Below are positions 21,293-31,896 of a stretch of DNA of 64,000 nt, piece by piece. The DNA comes from an uncultured Gemmatimonadales bacterium. GTDB lineage: Bacteria > Gemmatimonadota > Gemmatimonadetes > Gemmatimonadales > GWC2-71-9. The notes under the pieces are model-generated. The model was not told the DNA's origin. It made no database searches and worked only from the letters and a program-made list of their open reading frames with translations. The stretch lies in contig CAWJIM010000024.1 of NCBI GenBank assembly GCA_963842945.1, forward strand, positions 192,001 to 256,000. Direction: 5' to 3'. Made by a program: the position numbers and the translations under genes. The number at the start of each line of letters is the position of its first letter. The first letter of the stretch is position 1.

Positions 21293-22184
21293 TCAGCCCC
21301 GGATCTCTACGGCGGCCCGTTCTTCGATCCACCTGATCGCCTCGAGGTAATCAGCCTCCTCACCTAGAGCAGTCCGAGCCTCGTCCAGCAGCTTCCCCGA
21401 AGTGGCGATGATGGCCCCGGCAACACCGGTGTCCTTCAGAAGGTCGCGGGCGATGCCCACATCCTTGTCCAGCAAGGCCAATCGGAAGGTGCGGGGCCAG
21501 GCTCCGGTCAGGACCCGCTCGGGGACGAGCGATTCGCTCACGAAGGAACGTCCGCTGGAGGCGTTCAGGACCTCGACCGCGGTCCGCGGCGGGGACGCCC
21601 GCCTTTGACCAAAGCCGCCAGACCTTCTCCGACAGCGAGGAGGTTGACCGCCAGAAGCGCATTGTTGACCGCCTTCATGGCGTGCCGGTTCCAACGGGCC
21701 CCATGTGCTCGATACGCTGTCCGAACGCCTCCAGGACCGGGCGGGCTCGCCGGTAGGCGCTCTCGTCGGCCCCGACCATCACGGTAAGCGTTCCCGCCTC
21801 GGCGCCGTTGGTCCCGCCGCTCACCGGGGCATCGGCAAACGCAATGTCCTTCTCGGCCAGCCGCTGGGCGATTCGCCGAGAGCTGGCCGGATCACCCGAG
21901 GTACAGTCGAGCAACATGGCCCCGCGCTTCAGACCGGCCAGCAATCCGTCGGATCCATCCAGTAGCGCCTCGACTTCACGGGAGGTAGGAAGACAGGTAA
22001 CCACGACATCGGCATCCGTCGGCCGCTTGCCTGGGTGTGTTAGCTACCCGGGCGGCGGTAGCGACGGGCAAAGTCGAGCGGCTCGCGCGATTGTCCGATT
22101 GTAAACGGTGAGCTCGTGCCGTTGGGCCAGGTGCATCGCCACGGGCCAGCCGATGGCTCCAAGACCGACAAAGGTGACACGCAT
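21293..22184 (-). CDS. NAD(P)-dependent beta-hydroxyacid dehydrogenase (3-hydroxyisobutyrate dehydrogenase family), frameshifted
   Basis: FVGLGAIG, DAPVSGG..GAEAGTLTVMVG, F.L.LLDKD. Confidence 0.8.
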
Positions 22185-22237
22185 GCGGCAAATTAGCCGC
22201 CGGTGGATCATGCTGGCAGCCCTCGACAAAGAGTCGG

Positions 22238-23034
22238 GTGAGCGCGACGATTGTGCATGGACGTCCGTTGGTCACGTGTGTTACTGGCCGGCGCTCGGGG
22301 CCTGCCTGGTGCTCTTCGTGGTGGGGCCGCTCCTTCGGCTGCTCCTGGAATCGTCGCCCCGGAGTCTGGCCGAGGCCATTCGAGATCCAGAGCTTCGCGC
22401 CTCGATCGCCCTGACGGTTTTCACCGCGACGGCCGCCACCGTGCTGGGCGCGCTGCTCGGCATTCCTCTGGCGTATCTCCTGGCTCGCCGCAGCTTTCCC
22501 GGACGCAGAATCGTTCAGGGAATCATCGATCTGCCAGTGGTGATCCCACATCCCGTCGCCGGCATAGCCCTGTTGCTGTTTCTGGGCCGCCGATCCACCG
22601 TCGGGGGCATCCTGTCACAAATGGGACTGGAGTTCGTCAGCCATGTCCCCGGCATCGTGGCGGCAATGCTGTTTGTCTCCGCGCCGATTCTGGTCAGCGG
22701 AGCGCGAGAGGCATTTCGCGGAGTCGATCCGCAGCTCGAACGGGTCGCTCGCACCCTGGGCGATACGGCCTGGGGAGCCTTCCGCCGGGTGACGCTGCCG
22801 CTTGCGGGAAGAGGGATTCTCGCCGGCTCCATTCTCGCCTGGGCCCGCAGCGTCAGCGAGTTCGGCTCGATCGTCATTCTGACGTACAACCCGAAAGTGG
22901 CGAGCATCTTCATCTTCGATCGATTCACCGCGTTCGGGCTGCCGGCAGCCGTGCCCGCCGCCGTGATCCTGCTGGTGGTGGCTCTGGCGGTGTTCCTCGT
23001 GGTCCGAGTGCTGCAGCCCGAGGAACCGGCGTGA
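22238..23034 (+). CDS. molybdate/tungstate-type ABC transporter permease (start approximate)
   Basis: IDLPVVIPHPVAGIALL, EAA-like loop LERVARTLG, WARSVSEFG. Confidence 0.8.
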
Positions 23035-24094
23035 TCCGACTGGTAGATCTGCAGGTCAGAGTGGGAAGTTTCCACCTGCGGGATATCTCCCTGGAAGTGC
23101 CGAGCGGCGGGTACGCCCTGATCATCGGTCCCACCGGTTCGGGAAAAACCACGCTGCTGGAGGCCATTGCTGGACACGCCAGGCTTCTGGGCGGCAGGGT
23201 CTTCATGCACAATGACGACGTCACCGACCTGCCGCCGGAGCGGCGCGGACTGGGGTTCGTGTATCAGCAGTATCATCTGTTTCCCCACCTCACCGTGCGG
23301 AACAACATCGGCTACGGCCTCACCGGCCGGGGAGGACAGAACGGCGCCGGCAGCCGGGCGGAAGAGCTGGCGGCCCTGCTGGGAATCACGCCGCTGCTCG
23401 ACCGGCCGGTGCGGGGGCTCAGCGGCGGCGAGCAGCAACGAGTGGCGCTGGCCCGGGCGCTGGCCCCCAAGCCATCGATCCTGCTGCTGGATGAGCCGTT
23501 CGCCGCCGTCGATCCAGCCACCCGACAGGTGCTCCGCCGCGAGCTGCGCCAGCTGCACGAGCGGGAGGGCATTACCACGCTGCAGGTCACCCATGACTTC
23601 GACGAGGCGCTCCGGTTGGGAGATCTGGTGGCGGTGCTATCCGAGGGGAGGATTGCCCAGAGCGGCACTCCGGAGCAGGTGTTTCGATACCCTAACTCGG
23701 CATTCGTAGCGCGGTTTGTCGGCAGCGGAAACGTCATTGCAGGAACCGTCCAGCGGAACGACGCCGCGGAACAGGGAGTGCCCTTTCGCGGACGGTTTCA
23801 GGGCAGAAAATCTCAGCCTCGATGTCGTGGCCGAGCGCGAGGGGCCGGCGCATGCCGTGATCCGGCCGGAAGACATCGTGCTGAGCCTGACTCCGCACCC
23901 GGACTCGGCCCGCAATCACAAGGAGGCTGTGGTGGTTCGGCTGGAGCGGCTGGGGCCGGTTACCCTGGTTCACCTCGATGTGGGCCGGCCGCTGATCGCC
24001 TCGGTGACCACCGCGTCGTCCGACGAAATGGCGCCTGCACCCGGGGCTCAGGGTCATCATCGCCTTCAAAGCAACCGCCATTCTCCTGGTGTAA
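23031..24094 (+). CDS. ABC transporter ATP-binding protein with C-terminal TOBE-like region (frameshifts)
   Basis: GPTGSGKT, LSGGEQQR, LLLDEP, VTHD. Confidence 0.85.
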
Positions 24095-24102
24095 GCTCCA
24101 GT

Positions 24103-25300
24103 ATGCCCGCCCGACTCCTCCACGTCGACCTCGATGCCTTCTTCGTCGAGGTCTGCCGCCAATACCATCCCGAGCTCCGCAGACATCGAGCTGCTGGTGG
24201 TGGGCGGACGCCGGGATCAGCGGGGGGTGGTTCAGTCGGCCTCGCACGCGGCCCGCCGGTTCGGCATTCACGCCGGAATGCCGATTGCCGAAGCCGTTCG
24301 ACTCTGCCCTCAGGCCACGTTCTTTCAGGGCTCATTCGTGCACTATCGCGATGCATCCCACGCGGTACGGGCTGTTCTGGAAGATTTCTCCCCCACCGTG
24401 GTGATGGCGTCGCTGGACGAGGCGTACCTCGATTTCGCCGGCACGGAACGCCAGTACCCCACATCGCTGCTCCCGGTGGCGGAGCAGGTCCGCGATACGG
24501 TCAAACAGCGAACCGGTCTCGACGCCAGCGTCGGCATCGGGCCCAACCGCATGATCGCCAAGATGGCATCAGACTACGCCAAGCCCCGCGGCCTGATGGA
24601 AGTGCGGGCCGGATGGGAGAAAGGTTTCCTGGCCGGGCTTCCCCTCTCCGCCCTTCCCGGCGTGGGGCCCAAGACGGCCGAGCGATGGGCCGTGCTGGGA
24701 CTGGTGAACGTGCACCAGATTCAGGAGATGACGGAGCGAGAGCTGGAGCAGCTCATCGGAGCCGATGCCCGATCTCTCAAGCTGCGGGCGAATGGCCGGG
24801 GTGGGACGGTGCTCCGGCCGGACCGGCTACCCAAATCCGTGAGCCGGGAGACCACGCTCTCGCGCGATCTGCGGGATCCGGAGGAGCTCGAACGAATTCT
24901 GGCGCTGCTGACCGCCCGGGTGGCCGCTCAGCTCCGGGACGAGCAGATCCTGGCGCGGTCGGTAACTCTCAAGCTCCGGCACGACGATTTTCGAACGGTA
25001 ACCCGCCGGCGGACCCTGGAAACGGGGACCGATCTGGACCCCGAGATCTACCGCGCCGCCAGGGAGCTCTTTCGCTCGGCGTTTGAGGATGTGCGGGAGC
25101 GGGACCGTGGAGTTCGGCTGATCGGCGTGGCGGCGACGAACCTGGGCACCGCTGCCGAGGAGGACCTGTTCGAGGCTCCCGAGCGGGTTCGGCTGCGGCA
25201 CCTCACCGAAGCGGTGGACAAGGTGCGCAACAAGTATGGATTCGACGCAGTGACTCCGGGGTCAATCGTCGACCTCAGGCGGAAGCGGCCGCGTCCCTAA
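24103..25300 (+). CDS. dinB: DNA polymerase IV (frameshift near 24180)
   Basis: LHVDLDAFF, SLDEAYLD, AKMASDYAKP.G, GVGPKT, KSVSRETT. Confidence 0.9.
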
Positions 25301-25301
25301 C

Positions 25302-25953
25302 TCAGCGAAAGTCCTTGGCCTCGAATCGAAGGCCGATGGTGCCGTTGGCCGCAGTCACTCGAGGTCCGAGATCCCGGAAAGTGGCGGTTCGGCCGGTGCT
25401 GTCCCGGGCCCGCACCGTGCTGTTCTGGTAGAGCCGGTAATACCCTATGAAGACCCGGCTGGCCCCGGGTCTGATGGCGCAACCACAATCAACGGCACCC
25501 TCCAATCCGGCGTTGGTGGTGATCCGGAGCAGCTCCTGACTGGCGTTGGTGATCAAGGGAGCGAAGTACGCGGTACCACTCTCCCGGATCGTCGCACTCC
25601 GCCGAATGACTCCCCGTTTTTCCCGAATAACTGCGGAGCCCCGCAATTCCTCTCCCATCGGACGCTGATTGGCGGAGAGCGGGCGGGCCAGATTCCACTG
25701 TACCACGACCGACCCGGACGGAAGCTCCACCGTTTGAGCCGTCCCCGGTGCGAGAGTGACTGGAGCGCGCTGAGCCACGGCCAGCCAGATGGGAGCGGCC
25801 AGCTCGTTGCTGAATACCAGCCTGCGTCGCCCGGCGAAGTACCACGCCGCCAATGCCCCAACAATCAGGACCACAATCGCCAGGGCCGGCGCGATCCTGG
25901 GAGGATGCCGTCTCGGCCGGGTTACCGGAGATTCGATGGTGGGACCGGTCACG
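25302..25953 (-). CDS. hypothetical membrane-anchored protein
   Basis: Single N-terminal TM helix, beta-rich domain with CGC; start approximate. Confidence 0.5.
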
Positions 25954-26142
25954 TGGGCTCGCCGGAAAGGGGTTCGACGGTACAAGGATAATGGTGAGCG
26001 CTACTTGGGGCATGGCCGCCATCATGCGAGAGCCTGTACGCCATTCTTTGCACATTCTCCAGAATTTCTGCCTTAGACTCCATAATAGTGCCATAACTTT
26101 GCAGAAGCGTCCGGCATTTTCTGCAAAAGATGCACAAATGGC

Positions 26143-26171
26143 TTGACACGGTGCCGGGGAGATTCTATACT
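26143..26171 (+). promoter_or_regulatory. sigma70-type promoter of the glnA operon
   Basis: TTGACA (26143-26148), 17 bp spacer, TATACT (26166-26171). Confidence 0.75.
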
Positions 26172-26211
26172 CAGGCCAGGTGAGCATCTCAGGCCCCTGA
26201 AACGAGACACC

Positions 26212-26304
26212 ATGTTCCGCCCGATCTTTCTCAATCCCAATCCTGGTGGTCAGCGAAACCGGAGCCTGCCTTCGGTCGAACCGCCTGGACCTTGGCCTGA
26301 GTAG
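26212..26304 (+). other. putative leader peptide (30-aa uORF) in the glnA 5' leader
   Basis: ATG at 26212 after GAGAC, TAG at 26302-26304, immediately before a terminator hairpin. Confidence 0.4.
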
Positions 26305-26318
26305 TCTCTGTGCCGGCT

Positions 26319-26363
26319 GATGCCCCCGCGTTCGACGAACCCGCGCGGGGGCATCGTCTTTTT
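26319..26363 (+). terminator. intrinsic terminator/attenuator upstream of glnA
   Basis: GATGCCCCCGCG..CGCGGGGGCATC 12-bp stem followed by GTCTTTTT. Confidence 0.65.
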
Positions 26364-26404
26364 AGGGAACCCGACAACACCTGACCCCCAACTCCGAGAG
26401 ATCC

Positions 26405-27868
26405 ATGGCCACGACGGTTCGACCCGCAGCTGACCCCCAACCCTCCACCACCAGCGACGTCCAGCAGGTGATGGAGCTGATCAAGGAGAAGAAAATCCAG
26501 GTGGTGGACGTGAAGTTCTGCGACCTGCCCGGTACCTGGCAGCACTTTTCGATCCCGGCGGCCACTCTGGACGAGGCGATGATCCGGGAGGGGTTGGGCT
26601 TCGACGGGTCTTCTATCCGTGGCTTTCAGGCCATCAACGAGAGCGACATGCTGCTGCTGCCCGACGTGTCGACCGCTTTCATCGATCCGGTCCTCACGGT
26701 GCCGACGCTCTCGCTGACCTGCAACATCTACGATCCGCTGACCCTCGAGCCGTATACTCGCGATCCCCGGTTCGTCGCGTTCAAGGCTGAGGAGCACCTC
26801 AAGACCACCGGCATCGCGACCACCTCTTATTGGGGACCCGAAGCCGAGTTCTTCATCTTCAACTCGGTGCGATTCGATCAGAACGCGCACGAGGGGTACT
26901 ACCACATCGACTCCGAGGAGGGCGTGTGGAACTCGGGCCGGAATGGGGTTCCGAACCTGGGTCACCGCCCCCGCCATAAAGAGGGATACTTCCCGGTTCC
27001 TCCGGTCGACCGGCTGCAGGATGTGCGCTCCAAGATCATGGTGGCGCTGATCGAGGCCGGAGTTCCGGTGGAAGTTCAGCACCATGAGGTGGCCTCCGCC
27101 GGGCAGGCGGAGATCGACTTCCGGTTTGGCACGCTGGTCAAGACGGCCGACCGGCTGCTGGTGTACAAGTACATCGTCAAGAATGTGTGCCACAGCCTGG
27201 GGCTCACGGCCACCTTCATGCCCAAACCGCTCTTCGGGGACAACGGCTCGGGAATGCACGTGCACCAGTCGCTGTGGAAAGCGGACAAACCGCTGTTCTA
27301 CGACGAGAATGGTTACGCGCTCCTCTCGGAGACAGCTCGGCACTATATCGGCGGTTTGATCGAGCACGCTCCCGCGCTGCTGGCGCTCTGCGCCCCGACC
27401 ACCAACAGCTATCGCCGGCTGGTTCCCGGATTCGAGGCGCCGGTCAATCTGATGTACTCCGCCCGCAATCGCTCGGCGATCTGCCGGATCCCTTGTTACT
27501 CCAGCAACCCCAAAGCGCGGCGGATCGAGTTTCGGGCACCCGATCCCACGGCCAACCCGTACCTGGCCTTCTCGGCTCTCCTCATGGCGGGTCTGGACGG
27601 GATCAAGCGCAGGCTGGAGCCGCCGGCACCGATCGATGAGGACCTGTACGAACTGCACGACGAGCGGAAGCAGACGATCAAGACGGTTCCCGGCTCGCTG
27701 GATGAGGCGGTGTCGGCGCTGGAGCGGGACCACATGTTCCTGCTCGAAGGCGACGTCTTCACACCCGATGTGATCGAAACCTGGATCGCAATGAAGCGGA
27801 GCAAAGACATCGCTCCGGTCAATCTGCGGCCACATCCGTACGAGTTTTTCCTGTATTACGACGCGTGA
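26405..27868 (+). CDS. glnA: glutamine synthetase type I
   Basis: FDGSSIRG, EAEFFIF, HHEVA, FMPKP.FGDNGSGMH.H, RNRSA, EFRAPDP. Confidence 0.97.
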   Translation: MATTVRPAADPQPSTTSDVQQVMELIKEKKIQVVDVKFCDLPGTWQHFSIPAATLDEAMIREGLGFDGSSIRGFQAINESDMLLLPDVSTAFIDPVLTVPTLSLTCNIYDPLTLEPYTRDPRFVAFKAEEHLKTTGIATTSYWGPEAEFFIFNSVRFDQNAHEGYYHIDSEEGVWNSGRNGVPNLGHRPRHKEGYFPVPPVDRLQDVRSKIMVALIEAGVPVEVQHHEVASAGQAEIDFRFGTLVKTADRLLVYKYIVKNVCHSLGLTATFMPKPLFGDNGSGMHVHQSLWKADKPLFYDENGYALLSETARHYIGGLIEHAPALLALCAPTTNSYRRLVPGFEAPVNLMYSARNRSAICRIPCYSSNPKARRIEFRAPDPTANPYLAFSALLMAGLDGIKRRLEPPAPIDEDLYELHDERKQTIKTVPGSLDEAVSALERDHMFLLEGDVFTPDVIETWIAMKRSKDIAPVNLRPHPYEFFLYYDA

Positions 27869-27928
27869 TGAGTCGCGATTCGGGACTCGCGACTCCAGGC
27901 TCCTGACTCGAGGCTCCGACTCTCACTA
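27869..27928. repeat. degenerate GACTCGC-type heptamer repeats
   Basis: gagtcgcgattcgggactcgcgactccaggctcctgactcgaggctccgactctc in the glnA-amtB spacer. Confidence 0.55.
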
Positions 27929-27931
27929 GAA

Positions 27932-29242
27932 ATGGATCATCACGTGCAATCCATCAATCCCGCCGACACCGCCTGGATGCTGGTCTCGACCGCGCTGGTG
28001 CTGCTCATGACCCCGGCACTCGCCTTTTTCTATGGAGGGCTGGTGCGGAACAAGAACTCGCTCAACACCATGATGATGAGCTTCGTGGCGCTGGGCGTCG
28101 TCGGGGTTACCTGGGCCATTGCGGCATACAGTCTTGCCTTCAGCGATGGAGGACCGTTCCTCGGCGGTCTCGCCAACCTCGGCCTGCGCGGCGTCGGCAC
28201 CGAGGCAAAGGGCACCATCCCCCACGTGCTGTTCATGGCTTACCAGGCCACCTTCGCCATCATCACCGCGGCGCTGATCTCGGGTGCCGTGGTCGAGCGC
28301 ATGCGGTTCGGTCCCTATGTCGCCTTCATCACCCTGTGGACCCTGCTGGTGTACGCCCCGGTCGCGCACTGGGTCTGGGGCGGCGGATGGCTCATGAGCC
28401 GCGGGGCGCTGGACTTTGCCGGCGGGACCGTAGTGCACATCAACGCCGGAGTTTCGGCCCTGGTGGCGGCACTGGTACTCGGCTCCCGGAAGGACTACGG
28501 ACGCACGGCGGTCCTCCCTCACAACGTGCCGTTTGTGCTGCTGGGTGCCGGCCTGCTCTGGTTCGGCTGGTTCGGATTCAACGGGGGGAGCGCGCTCGCG
28601 GCCAACGGGCTTGCAGCCCTCGCGTTCACCAACACGTTCCTGGCCCCCTCAGCCGCGCTCGTCGCTTGGACCCTATTGGACTACTTCCGCACCGGTAAGG
28701 CTACTGCCGTCGGTGGGGCGACTGGTATTGTGGTTGGCCTGGTGGCGGTCACGCCGGCCGCGGGATTCATCAGTCCGCTGAGCGCCCTGATTCTCGGCGC
28801 TGTGGCGGCGTTCCCCAGCTATTTCATGATCCAGCTCCGCTCCCGTACCCGGATCGACGATTCACTCGACGTCTTCGCCGGCCATGGCGTGGGCGGACTG
28901 ACCGGTGCCCTGCTGACCGGCGTGCTGGCCCAAAAACTCTGGAACCCCGCCGGCAGCGACGGTCTGTTGTTCGGAAACCCGCATCAGCTCGCCGTTCAAG
29001 CGCTCGCCTGTTTGAGCGCTGCTGCGTACGCCGGAATCATGACGTTCGCGATCCTGAAGCTGTTGGGTCTGGTCACCTCACTCCGCGCGGTGTCCCGAAT
29101 CGAGGGCGTGGGCATGGACCTGAGCCAGCACGGCGAAGAGGCCTACGCCAGCGGCGAAGGCTCGATCCTGGTGCACCCGGACGTGCTCGTGGCCGAAGAG
29201 CTCTCCGGGGTATTGGTCCCGGCCACGGCCTCAGCCCGATAG
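27932..29242 (+). CDS. amtB: ammonium transporter
   Basis: DFAGGTVVHINAG, LLWFGWFGFNGGS, DDSLDVFAGHG. Confidence 0.95.
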   Translation: MDHHVQSINPADTAWMLVSTALVLLMTPALAFFYGGLVRNKNSLNTMMMSFVALGVVGVTWAIAAYSLAFSDGGPFLGGLANLGLRGVGTEAKGTIPHVLFMAYQATFAIITAALISGAVVERMRFGPYVAFITLWTLLVYAPVAHWVWGGGWLMSRGALDFAGGTVVHINAGVSALVAALVLGSRKDYGRTAVLPHNVPFVLLGAGLLWFGWFGFNGGSALAANGLAALAFTNTFLAPSAALVAWTLLDYFRTGKATAVGGATGIVVGLVAVTPAAGFISPLSALILGAVAAFPSYFMIQLRSRTRIDDSLDVFAGHGVGGLTGALLTGVLAQKLWNPAGSDGLLFGNPHQLAVQALACLSAAAYAGIMTFAILKLLGLVTSLRAVSRIEGVGMDLSQHGEEAYASGEGSILVHPDVLVAEELSGVLVPATASAR

Positions 29243-29254
29243 GAGATACCGTTC

Positions 29255-29623
29255 ATGAAACTGATTGTCGCCATCATCCGGCCCGACCGCTTGAACGAGG
29301 TGCTGGAGGCGCTCTATCGAAGCGAGGTGCGAGGGCTCACCGTCTCCCGAGTGCTGGGCCACGGCGGTGAGACCGAGCGGGTGGAGACCTACCGGGGCAC
29401 GACAGTCAAGGTGGACCTGCAGGAAAAGGTGCGCCTGGAGATCGGCGTCTCCGAGCCGTTCGTCCTGCCGACGGTGAATGCCATTCTCAAGAGCGCGAGG
29501 ACCGGTGAAGTCGGAGACGGAAAGGTCTTTGTGCTGGATGTTGCCCAGGTCTTCCGAATCAGGACCGGGGAAGAAAACGAGGCTGCGGTTACGCCCGCCG
29601 AACCGGTGGGGGCAGGCGGGTAA
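29255..29623 (+). CDS. glnK: PII nitrogen regulatory protein
   Basis: AIIRP, T-loop ETYRG, ARTGEVGDGKVFV; linked to amtB. Confidence 0.9.
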   Translation: MKLIVAIIRPDRLNEVLEALYRSEVRGLTVSRVLGHGGETERVETYRGTTVKVDLQEKVRLEIGVSEPFVLPTVNAILKSARTGEVGDGKVFVLDVAQVFRIRTGEENEAAVTPAEPVGAGG

Positions 29624-29792
29624 GGGAGCAGCCCGCAGTTAAAGTGTCACCCTGTCCCTATCCTCGTCTGGGTAGCCTCGACTCGGGGCGATATCTCGGT
29701 TGGAAATCACGGCTTCGGGGTGGAGATACACCTTCTTGCCCTGCCCCTACACGTGCTGCATCAAGATGCGGCCTAATGTTAGGCTGCGCCGC

Positions 29793-30338
29793 TCACCGAG
29801 CGGTTCCCTTGAAGGTCATCGCGCAGTGTCGCTCAAGTCGCACCGAGTCAGCCGAGCTCGGGCGTTGGACGAGTCGCCGGAAGCATGGTTCAACCTCACC
29901 CTCAGCAAAAATGCCTACCACCGAGGCGGTGTCCCGTCCGGTGTTCTCTACGCCGGTCCAGGTGGCCGCCGGGATGTAAACCAACGTGCCCGCCTCGGCG
30001 ACCACCCGGCGAGCTCCGAGAGTTATTGTGACCCGCCCTCGATGGAGGAACAACGCCTCTTCGTGCCGTTCGTGCCGGTGCAGCGGGATGGCGGTCCCGG
30101 GCGGCATCTCCTCCGTGGCGATGAAGAGCTCCTGAGAGCTCGTGAGGCTCGGTCCGATCTTAAGCAGCATGGTGCGGCCATCTCGAAACGGCGGCACCCG
30201 TTCCCCGTCCGTGGGCCGGAGGATAACACCCGTGTCGGAGCGAGCCGGGTCCAATGACTGGCCAAGCGCTGGCGAACTGCTTCCGGCAAGTACAAGGAGG
30301 AGAATTAAGCCTCCGCCGAGCCTCAAGTGCATCCACAT
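29793..30338 (-). CDS. secreted cupin-domain protein (gene cassette)
   Basis: Signal peptide; IPLHRHERHEE; GCCTAAC core just after the stop. Confidence 0.7.
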   Translation of the reverse strand: MWMHLRLGGGLILLLVLAGSSSPALGQSLDPARSDTGVILRPTDGERVPPFRDGRTMLLKIGPSLTSSQELFIATEEMPPGTAIPLHRHERHEEALFLHRGRVTITLGARRVVAEAGTLVYIPAATWTGVENTGRDTASVVGIFAEGEVEPCFRRLVQRPSSADSVRLERHCAMTFKGTAR

Positions 30339-30371
30339 GGTGGCCTCTCCAACTGCGATCTATGTGGCGCG

Positions 30372-30472
30372 GGCTAACGGACCGCGCATCAGCTGCGGCG
30401 ACGACTTGACTGCATCGTTTTCTAACGCTCCCTAGAACTGAAGCGCCCGCCAGCTACAGGGGCTCATTAGGC
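30372..30472 (-). mobile_element. attC site
   Basis: Minus strand GCCTAAT..GTCGCCGCAGCTGATGCGCGGTCC GTTAGCC; same family as the 39.8, 41.9 and 44.5 kb sites. Confidence 0.75.
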
Positions 30473-30688
30473 GGCGCCGTGACGCGGTGCCCGCGCTAGT
30501 TAATTTCACGTCTACGGCGTCCTGTCCCGGCCAATCTGATGCGGTTACCGAGTTCAATGGGTACCTGGCGGTGATCGCGTCCGGCGATGGGCCCTTCAGT
30601 GCTGATCTAACCGAGTTGAGTGCACGAAGGACGACGGCGTAATAGAGAGCAGCTGGAACTTCAGAAGGCCATGAAGCTGCATGCATGA

Positions 30689-31204
30689 TTAAGCTGTAGG
30701 CCTACTGAGACCGTTTTGGTTGCCCTCGACGGTAGGTCGGCCTAACACAAAGATCAGAAGGACGGCCCCACAAGTGATCGCGATGTCTGCAACGTTGAAG
30801 ATATAGAACCGTGTCGCTCCGACCCCGACGTCTATAAAGTCCACCACTCCACGCGCTGATCGCAGCCGATCAAGCACATTGCCCAGTGCGCCTCCGGTCA
30901 CTAGGGCCAGTCCGATTGCTGGTAGGCCGACGCCCGGCGATAGGCGCCGGTAGAGTAGGCCGAGCAGCAGCAACGCTGCTCCCGCCAGAATGGAGAAGCC
31001 CACCCGGGAGTAGGGTCCCAGCGACAGGCTCATCGCGGCTCCCGGATTGTAGCTCAGCGTAAACCGAAGGAACTCGCCCAGAACTGGATGCGGCAAGTGT
31101 GCCGGTGCAAGGGCTGCTTCGGCAACGCGCTTGGTGGCGCAGTCGGTCAGAAGAATGCCAAGCGCCAAGGGGAAAAAGTAGCGCGCCTTGCGCGTCCACT
31201 GCAT
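30689..31204 (-). CDS. lspA: lipoprotein signal peptidase II
   Basis: YNPGAA, GGALGNVLDR, GVVDFI, IFNVAD. Confidence 0.88.
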   Translation of the reverse strand: MQWTRKARYFFPLALGILLTDCATKRVAEAALAPAHLPHPVLGEFLRFTLSYNPGAAMSLSLGPYSRVGFSILAGAALLLLGLLYRRLSPGVGLPAIGLALVTGGALGNVLDRLRSARGVVDFIDVGVGATRFYIFNVADIAITCGAVLLIFVLGRPTVEGNQNGLSRPTA

Positions 31205-31262
31205 TCTCAAACCCTCCGATGTTTGGGTGGCAATTGAGATGTCCGTGCGTCCGCCGTCCTCC

Positions 31263-31754
31263 TCACTCTGGGGGTGCGGGGAACTGAACGAAAGGACCGC
31301 CAGGTTTCTGGTCGGGCGCCAGGTATTGTGGGGCGGGCTGCCCGGCTGGACCGAGATGCTTTGGATACGCGTAAATCGCCTTGACATCGCGATCGCTCAT
31401 GGTGCGCAGGTTATACCACGGCATCGGGGGTCGGAGCTGGCTGCGCGCCTGCGTCATGAACTGATCTGCCGTCAAGCTCTGTACCAGCAAACGCAGGTTG
31501 GATGCATAGGTTGTACCCCACGGGCCACGCCAGCCAAGCTGGTTACCGGTGAGCCACAGCGCCTCTTCAACCTCGCCGCCCGAGGTCGCATAGCCAGGCG
31601 TGTGGCAGTCGTTGCACCCTCCGATCTGCACCAGGTATTTCCCCTGGGCCGCGTCAGTCGAGAGCTTCTTATCGGCTTTCTCCTGCGCGACCACGGCGCG
31701 CGGAAGGATCGACAGGATCGCCACGGTTGCGACCGCCGACACGGGTTTATTCAT
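31263..31754 (-). CDS. monoheme cytochrome c
   Basis: Signal peptide; GKYLV..GGCNDCHTPG; PPMPW. Confidence 0.8.
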   Translation of the reverse strand: MNKPVSAVATVAILSILPRAVVAQEKADKKLSTDAAQGKYLVQIGGCNDCHTPGYATSGGEVEEALWLTGNQLGWRGPWGTTYASNLRLLVQSLTADQFMTQARSQLRPPMPWYNLRTMSDRDVKAIYAYPKHLGPAGQPAPQYLAPDQKPGGPFVQFPAPPE

Positions 31755-31789
31755 GGGGGATACCTCCTCGCCCGAAGTAAAAGGAGCCG

Positions 31790-31817
31790 CCGTCGCGGCA
31801 TGCGCTTGTTAGGCCGC
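31790..31817 (-). mobile_element. partial attC (R'' arm)
   Basis: Minus strand GCGGCCTAACAAGCGCATGC. Confidence 0.5.
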
Positions 31818-31896
31818 TTGCGGGTACGGTATCAGTTGATGGGTGACAGAATGTTATCGGCTGCGTCGGTAAGCTTGCAATACGCGATGACGAGAC

